Shown piece after piece: positions 63,147 through 64,000 of a DNA stretch of 64,000 bases (positions are counted from its first letter, which is position 1; every line of letters begins with the position of its first letter). The notes under the pieces are model-generated. The model was not told the DNA's origin. It saw only the letters and a list, made by a program, of their open reading frames with translations, and searched no databases. The translations under genes and the position numbers were made by a program. Location of the stretch: positions 1,216,001 through 1,280,000 of the forward strand of contig CBDCVR010000014.1 of the NCBI GenBank assembly GCA_965223155.1, read 5' to 3'. Source of the DNA: Candidatus Multivoradales bacterium. Its GTDB lineage: Bacteria; Acidobacteriota; Thermoanaerobaculia; Multivoradales; JAHEKO01.

Positions 63147-64000
63147 ATGTCCGCGGCGTCCCAGAGCGCGTGGCGGCGAGCTCTCGACCTCGCCGACGCC
63201 ACGCCGCCCACGCGCAACCGGTACGCCGATTTCCTGCGCGCCGCGTCGATCTCGGTCGTGGTGCTGGGCCATTGGCTGATGGCGGCGCCGCACCGCCGCG
63301 CCGACGGCGTGGCCTTGGAGCACATGCTGGATGTCTCCTCCTGGACTCACTGGCTGACCTGGCTCCTCCAGGTCATGCCGATCTTTTTCATCGTCGGCGG
63401 GTTTTCGAACTCGATCTCCTGGGAGAAGGCTCGCGAGCGGGGACTCGGCTACGCCGAATGGCTGGACTCGCGCCTCCGGCGCCTGGTGATGCCGGTCCTG
63501 CCCCTGCTTCTCGTCTGGGGGATCCTGGGCTCGGCCGCAATTCTGGCCAAGATCCGGCCCGAGACTTTGCGCGCCGGCTCCCAGATCGCGCTGGTCCCGA
63601 CTTGGTTTCTGTGCGTCTATCTGGTCTCGATTCTGACCGTGCCCTGGACGCACGCCGCCTGGCGCCGGTTCGGCATGGGCTCGTTCGCGGCGCTGGCGGT
63701 GCTGGCGGCGGTGGTCGATCTGGCCGCCTTCGCCGGGGGCATGAAGGCGCTACGCTGGCTCAACTATCTCTTCGTCTGGTCGGCGGTACACCAGCTGGGC
63801 TACGCCTGGCGGAGCCGGCGCCTGGAAGGCTGGCGGCGGGTGGCCCTGGCCGGATTCGGTCTCGCCGCGCTCTTCGCTCTCGTGCTGCGCGGCCCCTACC
63901 CGGTCAGCATGGTAGGCGTGCCGGGCGAGGAGGTCTCGAACAGCCTGCCGCCGACGGTCGCGCTCCTCGCTCTTGGCATGTTCCAGGGAGGTCTCCTCCT
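63147..64000 (+). CDS. Acyltransferase-3 family membrane protein, 3'-partial
   Basis: MSAASQ...RNRYADFLRA.SI.VVVLGHW, TWLLQVMPIFF.VGG, WFL.VY. Open to the window end. Confidence 0.85.
   Translation, partial: MSAASQSAWRRALDLADATPPTRNRYADFLRAASISVVVLGHWLMAAPHRRADGVALEHMLDVSSWTHWLTWLLQVMPIFFIVGGFSNSISWEKARERGLGYAEWLDSRLRRLVMPVLPLLLVWGILGSAAILAKIRPETLRAGSQIALVPTWFLCVYLVSILTVPWTHAAWRRFGMGSFAALAVLAAVVDLAAFAGGMKALRWLNYLFVWSAVHQLGYAWRSRRLEGWRRVALAGFGLAALFALVLRGPYPVSMVGVPGEEVSNSLPPTVALLALGMFQGGLL

Overview
High-GC bacterial chromosomal window (gene content loosely resembles Acidobacteriota; this is inference). In order: (i) a tightly coupled operon of an NTT-family ATP/ADP-translocase-HEAT fusion, a stand-alone cNMP-binding protein and a signal-peptide-bearing metallophosphatase/PI3K-PI4K-like kinase fusion; (ii) nadQ-nadABC with two visible NadQ-type operators; (iii) a TonB-dependent receptor, an ABC-2 pair and a CNT nucleoside transporter; (iv) a ~3.3 kb accessory patch with an IS3 remnant, two attC sites around a DUF4160/DUF2442 cassette (no integrase in window), an IS256 end, a RAYT-like remnant, an intact IS1111-group IS110 element whose right end shows a bridge/seekRNA with guides matching its own flanks, and a probable orphan immunity gene; (v) housekeeping genes (acyl-CoA ligase, typA, rnhA, kbl, tdh); (vi) alkaline-phosphatase-superfamily/GT-C genes and a ~14 kb glycan locus with a sulfotransferase-sulfatase fusion, heparinase II/III and a nucleotide-sugar dehydrogenase; (vii) an MFP plus two RND pumps and a partial acyltransferase. 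All calls come from reading motifs by eye; no searches were run. Several starts were shortened relative to the ORF track.
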